In this document: positions 20,019-30,600 of the stretch, in pieces | How the letters are laid out: every line of letters starts with the position of its first letter | How positions within the stretch are numbered: the first letter of the stretch is position 1 | Origin: Azolla caroliniana | Lineage: Eukaryota > Plantae > Polypodiophyta | Assembly: GCA_043228905.1 (NCBI GenBank) | Contig: JBHGNT010000329.1 | Location: 1-34,404 of the forward strand | Direction: 5' to 3' | DNA length: 34,404 nucleotides | The notes under the pieces: model-generated | Told to the model about the DNA's origin: nothing | The model's database searches: none | Seen by the model: the letters and a program-made list of their open reading frames with translations, nothing else | Program-made: the position numbers and the translations under genes

Positions 20019-21463
20019 CGTCGGTAGCGGTCGTCCCTCCGGAATCGATCCTCTTCCGGGTCCCGATTGCGCGGTTCTATGTGTCGGACCGGTGCCGCTT
20101 GTCGAGTTAACAGGTTATACTCGCATTGGTTCGTTGTGTGGGCGCGAGAATTGCATATCATGCACTGTGCGCGCAGGGTGCAGTCAACGGTCGAGTGCCC
20201 CGAATTTAGGCATGTTGTGCATTGTAGGGCTTGTCGGAACCGGAGGTCCTCCTCCTTCGGAAGCGCCTGGTGTAACGCCCCCATCGGCAAGAAGGGGCTC
20301 GTGTTGTCCATTTCTAGGACCCGATCAATGACTTGGTCCATTGTGCTGGTGCTGAAATCGATGATTTCACACATCGCTCGAAGTGGGTCTTTTAACGCAG
20401 CCAAAAAGACTGCCTTGGCCTCCTCTTCGGGTGGTGCTCTTGCTAATTGACTGTGCAAGGTCTGGAAACGAATGATAAATTGTGGGACCGTCTCGTTTTC
20501 TCCCTGCCGAGTGGTGTAGAATTGTCCGACCAATTCCCTTTGTTCCACTCGTCTATGAAACAAGCGTAAAAACTGGGTTTTCAATGCCTCGAACGTGGCG
20601 AAGCTGCCTGGTAAGTGCTTGTCGTGCCACCGGGCCGCCGGTCCTTCTAATGTCATGCCGAATTCGGCGACTTTGGATCGGTCGGCCTCGGCCTCCGTCA
20701 GTCTCTGGGACACGTGGTTGGCTTCCCATGTTCGCAGGAATGCATACACATGTGCCTCTCCGTCGGGCTCATCCCGATACTTTGGGTACGGATACGGCAT
20801 CGTGTCGTCCCACTGATTCTCCTGCGCTGGTTCCTCCGCAGGTGGTGTTGGTATCCGCTCCTGCGGTTCCTCCGCGGGTGGTGTTGGTATCCGCTCCTGC
20901 GGTTCCTCCGCGGGTGGTGTTGATAACCGCTCCTGCGGTTCCTCCGCGGTTGGTGTTGGTATCCGCTCCTGCGGTTCCTCCGCGGGTGGTGTTGATAACC
21001 GCTCCTGCGGTTCCTCCGCGGGTGGTGTTGGTATCCGCTCCTCCCTCCTCGGCGATTGCCGGTCACCGAACTCCAGAGTTAGTTCCTCCTCTGGCTCCGA
21101 TGTTGCTGAGTGATCCGACTCAAAGGGGTTGTTCCCGTGGCTGCTTTTATAGCGGGATCCCACGCTTTCCCCGCTATCCGAATCCGCCTCTAATGTTGCA
21201 AATGCCGCTGCGTCCCCGTCGCCACCAGCGAGAGTCTGTAGTAGTGTCTCCGCTTCTTGGAGGCTGGTTATGCTACTGCCTTCGTCGGAAGCTTGTAGAA
21301 CTTGGAACTGCAGTGCGTTTTCTGCGATTTGCCGAAGCGTTGTTGAGAATGACCGATCGCTCCGGATCTCGTCGACGGCTTGCTGCAAGGCTTCCCGTCG
21401 TCGCTGCCGTTCGGCGTGGCGTCTCCCTCTTTCGGTGATGTGGTCGTTATTTTGTCTAGACAT
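19982..21463 (-). CDS. gag: Gag of the second element, 3'-truncated by internal deletion
   Basis: LEGPAARW, TTRQGENETV and two CCHC knuckles (CTTCLNSGHSTVDC, CMICNSRAHTTNQC). The first ATG after the PBS is at 21463; the last ~11 codons are out-of-frame integrase. Confidence 0.82.
   Translation of the reverse strand: MSRQNNDHITERGRRHAERQRRREALQQAVDEIRSDRSFSTTLRQIAENALQFQVLQASDEGSSITSLQEAETLLQTLAGGDGDAAAFATLEADSDSGESVGSRYKSSHGNNPFESDHSATSEPEEELTLEFGDRQSPRREERIPTPPAEEPQERLSTPPAEEPQERIPTPTAEEPQERLSTPPAEEPQERIPTPPAEEPQERIPTPPAEEPAQENQWDDTMPYPYPKYRDEPDGEAHVYAFLRTWEANHVSQRLTEAEADRSKVAEFGMTLEGPAARWHDKHLPGSFATFEALKTQFLRLFHRRVEQRELVGQFYTTRQGENETVPQFIIRFQTLHSQLARAPPEEEAKAVFLAALKDPLRAMCEIIDFSTSTMDQVIDRVLEMDNTSPFLPMGALHQALPKEEDLRFRQALQCTTCLNSGHSTVDCTLRAQCMICNSRAHTTNQCEYNLLTRQAAPVRHIEPRNRDPEEDRFRRDDRYRREHGGIHGQIFI
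20829..21040 (-). repeat. 6 x 36-bp in-frame repeat (ERIPTPPAEEPQ / ERLSTPPAEEPQ)
   Basis: Read directly; partly alternating variants. Confidence 0.92.
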
Positions 21464-21499
21464 CCATCCCCCGGTTGTCCTCTGCACTCTGCAGGAATC

Positions 21500-21509
21500 G
21501 TGGTCGCCA
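21500..21509 (-). other. tRNA primer-binding site, probably tRNA-Arg
   Basis: Minus strand TTTT-TGGCGACCAC. It is complementary to a tRNA ending GUGGUCGCCA, recalled as plant tRNA-Arg(UCG); not checked by search. Confidence 0.7.
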
Positions 21510-21516
21510 AAAATCA

Positions 21517-21632
21517 TGAACACAAAAATGCGATATGACACGACCCATATATGAACATTTTCATTGACTAACGGGCTCTTGTCTACGACCTCCTTAAGTT
21601 TGCTATTTTGTTCATGTCTCTCGACCTTAGTT
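21517..21632. repeat. Final partial monomer of satellite subtype B
   Basis: Has B diagnostics (ACTAACGGGCTCTTGTCTACGACC, TCGACCT). Confidence 0.85.
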
Positions 21633-24600
21633 ACATCCTTAGCTTCGATTCGCATGTTTCAATACGATATCACACGACCGAGGTATGGACATTTTCATTT
21701 ACTCATGCTCTCTTGTCTACGTTCTCCTCAAGCTTCCTTTTTTCTTCATGTCTCTAGCCCTGAGATTCAAAATCATGATTTCCAAATTCTATATCATACC
21801 TAACATCGTTAGCTTCGATTTGCATGTTTCAACACAAAAATCCGATATCACACGACCTAGGTATGAACGTTTTCATTTACTCACACTCTCTTGTCTACTT
21901 CATCCTCAACTTTCCTTTATTCTTCATGTCTCTTGCTCTGAGTTTCAAAATCATGATTTTCGAATTCTAGATGAAACCTAACATCGTTAGCTTCGATTCA
22001 CATGTTTCAACACAAAAATCCGATAGTACACGAGCTAGGTATGAACATTTTCATTTATTCGCGCTCTCTTCTCCACGTCGTCGTCAACTTTGCTTTTTCC
22101 TCATTTTTCTCGCCCTGAGTTTCGAAATCATGATTTTCAAATTCTATATCAAACCTACAATCGTTAGATTTGATTCGCATGTTTCAACACAAAAATCCGA
22201 TATCACAGGATGCAGCTATGAACATTTTGATTAATCACGCGCTCTTCTGCACGTCGTCCTCAACTTTGTTTGTTCTTCATGTCTCTCGCCCTGAGTTTGA
22301 AAATCATGATTTTTGAATTCTATACCAAACCTAACATCTTATCTTTGCCTTCCTAATCGTTGCTTTTTTCTTCATGTCTCTCACCTTGAGTTTCAAAATC
22401 ATGAGTTTTGAATTGTATATCATACCTAGCATCGTTAACTTTGATTCGCATGTTTCAGCACAAAAAGCCGATATTACACAACCGAGGTATGAACATTTTG
22501 TCATTTACTCGCGCTCTCTTCTCTACATCGTCCACAACTTTTCTTTTTTCTTTATGTCTCTCGCCCAGAGTTTCAAAATTCTATATCAAACTTAACATCG
22601 TTAGCTTCGATTGGTACGTTTCAAAACAAAAATCCGATATCACACAAAAAAATTTATTTACTCACGCTCTCTTCTCTACGTCGTCCTCAACTTTGCTTTT
22701 TTCTTCATGTCTCTCGCCCTAAGTTTCAAAATAATGATTTTTGAATTCCATATCATACCTCACATTGTTAGCTTCGATTCGCATGTTTCAACACAAAAAT
22801 CCGATATCACACGACCGAGGTATGAACATTTTTATTTCCTCACGCGCTCTTGTCTACGCCTTCCTAAACATTACTTCTTTCTTCATGTCTCTCGCTGTGA
22901 GTTTCAAAATCATCATTTTTGAATTCTATATCATACCTAACACCGATAGCTTCGATTCGCATGTTTCAACACAAAAATCCGATATTACACAACCTAGATA
23001 TGAACATTTTCATTTACTCACGCTCTCTTCTCTACGTCGTCCTCAACTTTGCTTTTCTCTTCATTTCTCTCGCCTTGAGTTTCAAAATCATGAATTTTGA
23101 ATTCTATATCATACGTAACATCGTTAGCTTTGATTCGCATGTTTCAACAGAAAAATCCGATATCACACGACCCAGCTATGAACATTTTGATGTACTCACG
23201 GTCTCTTGTCTACCCTGTCCTAAACTTAAAATTTCAATTCTATATCATACCTAACATCGCTAGCTTCAATTTGCATGTTTCCACACAAAAATCCGATCTC
23301 ACATGAGCCAGGTATGAACATTTTCATTTACTCACACTCTCTAGTCTATGCCCTGCTAAACTTTTTTTTTTCTTTATGTCTCTCGCCCTTAATTTCAAAA
23401 TCATGATTTTCAAATTCTATATCAAACCTAAAATCGTTAGATTCGGTTCACATATTTCAACAGAAAAATCCGATATCAAACGAGCCAGTTATGAACATTT
23501 GCATTTACTCACGCTCTCTAGTCTACGTTCTCCTCAAGCTTGCTTTTTTCTTCATGTCTCTCGCCCTGAGTTTCAAATTCATGATTTTCAAATTCTATAT
23601 GAAACCTAACATCACTAGCTTCGATTCGCATGTTTCAACACAAAAATCCAATATCACACGACCAAGCTATGAGCATTTTGATTTACTCACGCTCTCTTGT
23701 CTACGTCGTCCTCAACTTTGTTTTGTTCTTCATGTCTTTCCCCCTGAGTTTCAAAGTCATGATTTTCAAATTCTATATCAAACCTAACATCGTTAGCTTT
23801 GATTCACATGTTTCCACACAAAAATCCGATATCACACGACCGAGGTATGAACATTTTCATTTACTCGCGCTCTCTTGTCCACGTCCTCCTCAAGCTTCCT
23901 TTTTTCATCATGTCTCTAGCCCTAAGATTCAAAATCATGATTTCCAAATTCTATATCGTACCTAACATCGTTAGCTTCGATTCGCATGTTTCAACACAAA
24001 ATTACGATATCACACGACCCAGGTATGAACGTTTTCATTTACTCACACTCTCTTCTCTAAGTCATCGTCAACTTTCCTATTTTCTTCATGTCCCCTGCTC
24101 TGAGTTTTAAAATCATCATTATCAAATTCTAGATGAAACCTAACATCGTTAGCTTCGATTCGCATGTTTAAACACAAAAATACGATATCACACTACCGAA
24201 CTATGAACATTTTCATTTACTCACGCTCTCTTGTCTACGTCCTCCTCAAGCTTGCTTTTTTCTTCATGTCTCTCGCCCTGAGATTCAAAATCATGATTTT
24301 CAAATTCTATATCAAACCTAACATCGTTATCTTCGATTCCCATGTTTCAACAAAAAAATCCGATATTACACGACCCAGGTATGAACATTTTCATTTACTC
24401 ACGCTCTCTTCTCTACGTCCTCCTAAACTTTGCATTTTTCTTCATGTCTCTCGCCCTGAGTTTCAAAGTCATGATTTTCAAATTCTATATCAAACCTAAC
24501 ATCATTAGCTTCGATTCACATGTTTCCACACAAAAATCCGATATCACACGACCGAGGTATGAACATTTTCATTTACACATGCGCTCTCTTGTCCACGTCC

Positions 24601-27600
24601 TCCTCATGCTTCCTTTTTTCATCATGTCTCTAGCCCTAAGATTCAAAATCATGATTTCCAAATTGTATATTGTACCTAACATCGTTAGCTTCGATTCGCA
24701 TGTTTCAATACAAAATTCCGATATCACACGACCCAGGTATGAACGTTTTCATTTACTCACACTCTATTCTCTAAGTCATCGTCAACTTTCCTATTTTCTT
24801 CATGTCTCCTGCTCTGAGTTTTAAAATCATCATTATCAAATTCTAGATAAAACCTAACATCGTTAGCTTTGATTGGCATGTTTAAACACTTAAATACGAT
24901 ATCACACTACCGAGCTATGAACATTTTCATTTACTCACGCTCTCTTGTCTACGTCATCCTCAAGCTTCCTTTTTTCTTCATGTCTCTCGCCCTGAGATTC
25001 AAAATCACGATTTTCAAATTCTATATCAAACCTAACATCGTTATCTTCGATTCCCATGTTTCAACAAAAAAATCCGATATTACACGACCCAGGTATGAAC
25101 ATTTTCATTTACTCACGCTCTCTTCTCTACGTCCTCCTAAACTTTGCATTTTTCTTCATGTCTCTCGCCCTGAGTTTCAAAGTCATGATTTTCAAATTCT
25201 ATATCAAACCTAACATCGTTAGCTTCGATTCACATGTTTCCACACAAAAATCCGATATCACACGACCGAGGTATGAACATTTTCATTTACACATGCGCTC
25301 TCTTGTCCACGTCCTCCTCATGCTTCCTTTTTTCATCATGTCTCTAGCCCTAAGATTCAAAATCATGATTTCCAAATTGTATATTGTGCCTAACATCGTT
25401 AGCTTCGATTCGCATGTTTCAATACAAAATTCCGATATCACACGACCCAGGTATGAACGTTTTCATTTACTCACACTCTATTCTCTAAGTCATCGTCAAC
25501 TTTCCTATTTTCTTCATGTCTCCTGCTCTGAGTTTTAAAATCATCATTATCAAATTCTAGATAAAACCTAACATCGTTAGCTTCGATTGGCATGTTTAAA
25601 CACTTAAATACGATATCACACTACCGAGCTATGAACATTTTCATTTACTCACGCTCTCTTGTCTACGTCCTCCTCAAGCTTGCTTTTTTCTTCATGTCTC
25701 TCGCCCTGAGATTCAAAATCACGATTTTCAAATTCTATATCAAACCTAACATCGTTATCTTCGATTCCCATGTTTCAACACAAAAATCCGATATCACACG
25801 ACCCAGGTATGAACATTTTCATTTACTCACGCTCTCTTCTCTACGTCGTCCTAAACTTTGCTTTTTTCTTCATGTCTCTCGTCCTGAGTTTCAAAATCAT
25901 GATTATCAAATTCTATATGAAACCTAATATCGTTAGCATCACTTCGCATGTTTCTACACAAAAATCCGATATCTCACGACCCAACTATGAACATTTTGAT
26001 TTACTCATACGCTCTTCTATACGTCGTCCTCAACTTTGCTTTGTTTTTCATGTCTCTCGCCCTTAATTTCAAAGTCATGATTTTCAAATTTTATATACGC
26101 ATGTTTCAACAGAAAAAACCAATATCACACGAGCCAGGTATAAAATTTTGATTTCTCACGGGTTCTTATCTTTGTCTTCCTCATCGTTGCTTTTTTCATC
26201 ATGTCTCTCGCCCTGAGTTTCAAAATCATGATTTTCAAATTCTATATCAAACCTAACATCGTTATCTTCGATTCCCATGTTTCAACACAAAAATCCGATA
26301 TCACACGACCCAGGTATGAACATTTTCATTTACTCACGCTCTCTTCTCTACGTCGTCCTAAACTTTGCTTTTTTCTTCATGTCTCTCGTCCTGAGTTTCA
26401 AAATCATGATTATCAAATTCTATATGAAACCTAATATCGTTAGCATCACTTCGCATGTTTCTACACAAAAATCCGATATCTCACGACCCAACTATGAACA
26501 TTTTGATTTACTCATACGCTCTTCTATACGTCGTCCTCAACTTTGCTTTGTTTTTCATGTCTCTCGCCCTTAATTTCAAAGTCATGATTTTCAAATTTTA
26601 TATCAAACCTAACATCGTTAGCTTAGATTCGCATGTTTCAACAGAAAAAACCAATATCACACGAGCCAGGTATAAAATTTTGATTTCTCACGGGTTCTTA
26701 TCTTTGTCTTCCTCATCGTTGCTTTTTTCATCATGTCTCTCGCCCTGAGTTTCAAAATCATGATTTTCAAATTCTATATCAAACCTAACATCGTTAGCTT
26801 CGATTCGCATGTTTCAACACAAAAATCCGATAGTACACGAGCTAAGTATGAACATTTTCATTTATTCGCGCTCTCTTCTCCACGTCGTCGTCAACTTTGC
26901 TTTTTCCTCATTTTTCTCGCCCTGAGTTTCAAAATCATGATTTTCAAATTCTATATCAAACCTACCATTGTTAGTTTCAATTTGCATGTTTCAACACAAA
27001 AATCCGATATCACAGGACCCAGCTATGAACATTTTGATTTAATCACGCGCTCTTCTCCACGTCGTCCTCAACTTTGCTTTGTTCTTCATGTGTCTTGCCC
27101 TGAGTTTGAAAATCATGATTTTTGAATTCTATACCAAACCTAACATCTTATCTTCGCCTGCCTAATCGTTGCTTTTTTCTTCATGTCTCTCGCCCTAAGT
27201 TTCAAAATCATGAGTTTTGAATTGTATATCATACCTAGCCTCGTTAGCTTTGATTCACATGTTTCAACACAGAAATCCGATATCACACGACCCAAGTATG
27301 AACATTTTCATTTACTCGCGCTCTCTTCTCTACATCGTCCTCACCCTGAGTTTCAAAATCATGATTTTTCAATTCTATATCAAACCTAACATCGTTAGCT
27401 TCGATTCGCATATTTCAACACAAAAATCCGATATTACACAACCGAGGTATGAACATTTTTTCATTCACTCACGCTCTCATCTCTACATCGTCCACAACTT
27501 TGCTTTTTTCTTCATGTCTCTCACCCTGAGTTTCAAAATCATCATTTTCAAATTCTATATCAAACCGAACATTGTTAGCTTCGATTCGCAAGTTTCAACA

Positions 27601-30600
27601 CAAAAAACCAATATCACACGAACAAGGTATGAATATTTTTATTTACTCACGTGCTCTTTTTTCTTCATGTCTCTCGTCCTGAGTTTCAAAATCATGATTC
27701 TCAAACTCTATATGAAACCTAATATCGCTAGCTTGAATTCGCATGTTTCAACCCAAAAATCCGATATCACACGAAGCAGGTATGAATATTTTCATTTACT
27801 CACGTGCTCCTATCTTCGCCTTCCTAATCGTTGCTTTCTTCTTCATATCTCTCGCCCTGTGTTTCAAAATCATGATTTTTGACTTGTATATCATACCTAA
27901 CATTGTTAGCTTCGATTCGCATGTTTCAACACAAAAATCCGATATCATACGACCTAGCTATGAATATTTTCATTTACTCACGCGTTCTTGTCTACGTCCT
28001 CCTGAAGCTTGCTTTTTTCTTCATGTCTCTCTCCCTGAGTTTCAAAATCATGATTTTCAAATTCTATATCAAACCTAACATCGTTAGCTTCGATTCGCAA
28101 GTTTCAACACAAAAAACCAATATCACACGAGCCAGGCATGAACATTTTGATTTACTCACGCGCTCTTATCTTCGCCCTCCTAATCGTTGCTTTTCTCTTC
28201 ATGTCTCTCCCCCTGAGTTTCAAACTCATTATTTTTGAATTCTTTATCATAGCTAAAATTGTTAGCCTCGACCCAGGCATGAATATTCTCATTTGCTCAC
28301 GCTCTATTCTCTACGTCGTCCTAAACTTTGCTTTTTTCTTCATGTGTCTCGCCCTAAGTTTCAAAATCATGATTATCAAATTCTATATCAAAAATCCGAT
28401 AGCACACGAGCTAAGTATGAACATTTTCATTTACTCGCGCTCTTTTATCCACGTCGTCCTCAACTTTGCTTTTTTTCTTCATGTGTTTCGCCCTGTGTTT
28501 CAAAATCATGATTTTCAAACTCTATATAAAACCTAATATCGTTAGCTTCGATTCGCATGTTTCAACACAAAAATCCGATATTACACGACCGAGGGATGAA
28601 CATTTTTTCATTTACTCGCGCTCTCATCTCCACATCGTCCTCAACTTTGCTTTTTTCTTCATGTCTCTCGCCCCGAGTTTCAAAATCATGATTTTTCAAA
28701 TTCTATTTCAAATTCTATTTCAAATTCTATTTCAAATTCTATTTCAAACTCAACACAAAAAACCAATATCACACGACCCAGGTATGAACATTTTCATTTA
28801 CTCACATGCTCTTATCTTCGCCTTCCTAATTGTTGATTTTTTCTGCATGTCTCGCGCTCTGAGTTTCAAAATGAAGATTTTCAAACTCTATATGAAACCT
28901 AATATCGTTAGCTTCGATTCCCATGTTTCAACTGAAACATCCGATATCACATGACCTAGCTATGAACATTTTTATTTACTCACGTGCTCTTGTCTACGTC
29001 CTCCTCAAGCTTACTTTTTTCTTCATGTCTCTCTCCTTGAGTTTCAAAATCATGATTTTTCAATTGTATATCATACCTAACATCATTAGCTTCGATTTGC
29101 ATGTTTCAACACAAAAATCCGATATCACACGTCCCAGGTATGAACATTTTCATTTACTCACACTTTCTTCTCTACGTCGTCCTCAACTTTGCTTTTTTCT
29201 TCATGTCTCTCGCCCTGAGTTTCAAAATCATGATTTTCAAACTCTATATAAAACCTAATATCGTTAGTTTCGATTCGCATGTTTTAACACAAAAAATCTG
29301 ATATTACACGACCGAGGTATGAACATTTTCATTTACTCACGCTCTCATCTCTACATCGTCCACAACTTTGCTTTTCTCTTCATGTCTCTCGCCCTGAGGT
29401 TCAAAATCATGATTTTCAAATTCTATATCAAACCAAACATCGTTAGCTTCGATTGCATGTTTCAAAACAAAAAACCAATATCACACGAACGAGGTATGAA
29501 TATTTTCATTTACTCACGTGCTCTTTTTCCTTCATGTCTCTCGCCCTGAGTTTCAAAATCATGATTCTCAAACTCTATATGAAACCTAATATCGCTAGCT
29601 TCGATTCGCATGTTTCCACCCAAAAATCCGATATCAAACGAACCAGGTATGAATATTTTCATTTACTCACGTGCTCTTATCTTCGCCTTCCTAATCGTTG
29701 CTTTTTTCTTCATATCTCTCGCCCTGTGTTTCTAAATCATGATTTTTGACTTCTATATCATACCTAACATTGTTAGCTTCGATTCGCATGTTTCAACTCA
29801 AAAATCCGATATCACACGACCTAGCTATGAACATTTTTATTTACTCACGCGTTCTTGTCTACGTCCTCCTGAAGCTTGCTTTTTTCTTCATGTCTCTCTC
29901 CCTGAGTTTCAAAATCATGATTTTCAAATTCTATATCAAACCTAACATCGTTAGCTTCGATTCGCAAGTGTCAACACAAAAAACCAATATCACATGAGCC
30001 AGGCATGAACATTTTGATTTACTCACGCGCTCTTATCTTCGCCCTCCTAAACGTTGCTTTTTTCTTCATGTCTCTCCCCCTGAGTTTCAAACTCATGATT
30101 TTTGAATTCTTTATCATAGCTAAAATTGTTAGCCTCGAACCAGGCATGAACATTCTCATTTGCTCACGCTCTATTCTCTACGTCGTCCTAAACTTTGCAT
30201 TTATCTTCATGTGTCTCGCCCTAAGTTTCAAAATCATGATTATCAAATTCTATATCAAAAATCCGATATCACACGAGCTAAGTATGAACATTTTCATTTA
30301 CTCGCGCTCTTTTCTCCACGTCGTCCTCAACTTTGCTTTATTTCTTCATGTCTTTCGCCCTGTGTTTCAAAATCATGATTTTCAAACTCTATATGAAACC
30401 TAATATCGTTAGCTTCGATTCGCATGTTTCAACACAAAAATCCGATATTACACGACCGAGGTATGAACATTTTTTCATTTACTCGCGCTCTCATCTCCAC
30501 ATCGTCCTCAACTTTGCTTTTTTCTTCATGTCTCTCGCCCCGAATTTCAAAATCATGATTTTTCAAATTCTATTTCAAACTTAACATCGGTAGCTTCGAT

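Larger units (their letters stand above)
15156..21516 (-). mobile_element. Internally deleted non-chromovirus Ty3/Gypsy element (Athila/Tat-like) with extra 3' ORF
   Basis: Starts TG, ends CA, flanked by TGAAC (15151-15155 and 21517-21521). Carries a tRNA-type PBS, gag, integrase C-terminus with GPF and no chromodomain, and an extra ORF. Confidence 0.88.

Noticed and set aside
15492-21438. Plus-strand ORFs of up to 318 aa over the second element
   Set aside because: Antisense shadows of real ORFs and in-frame repeats.
21464-21655. N-terminal 64 aa of the 557-aa ORF
   Set aside because: It runs through satellite, TSD and PBS; chance in-frame extension of gag.
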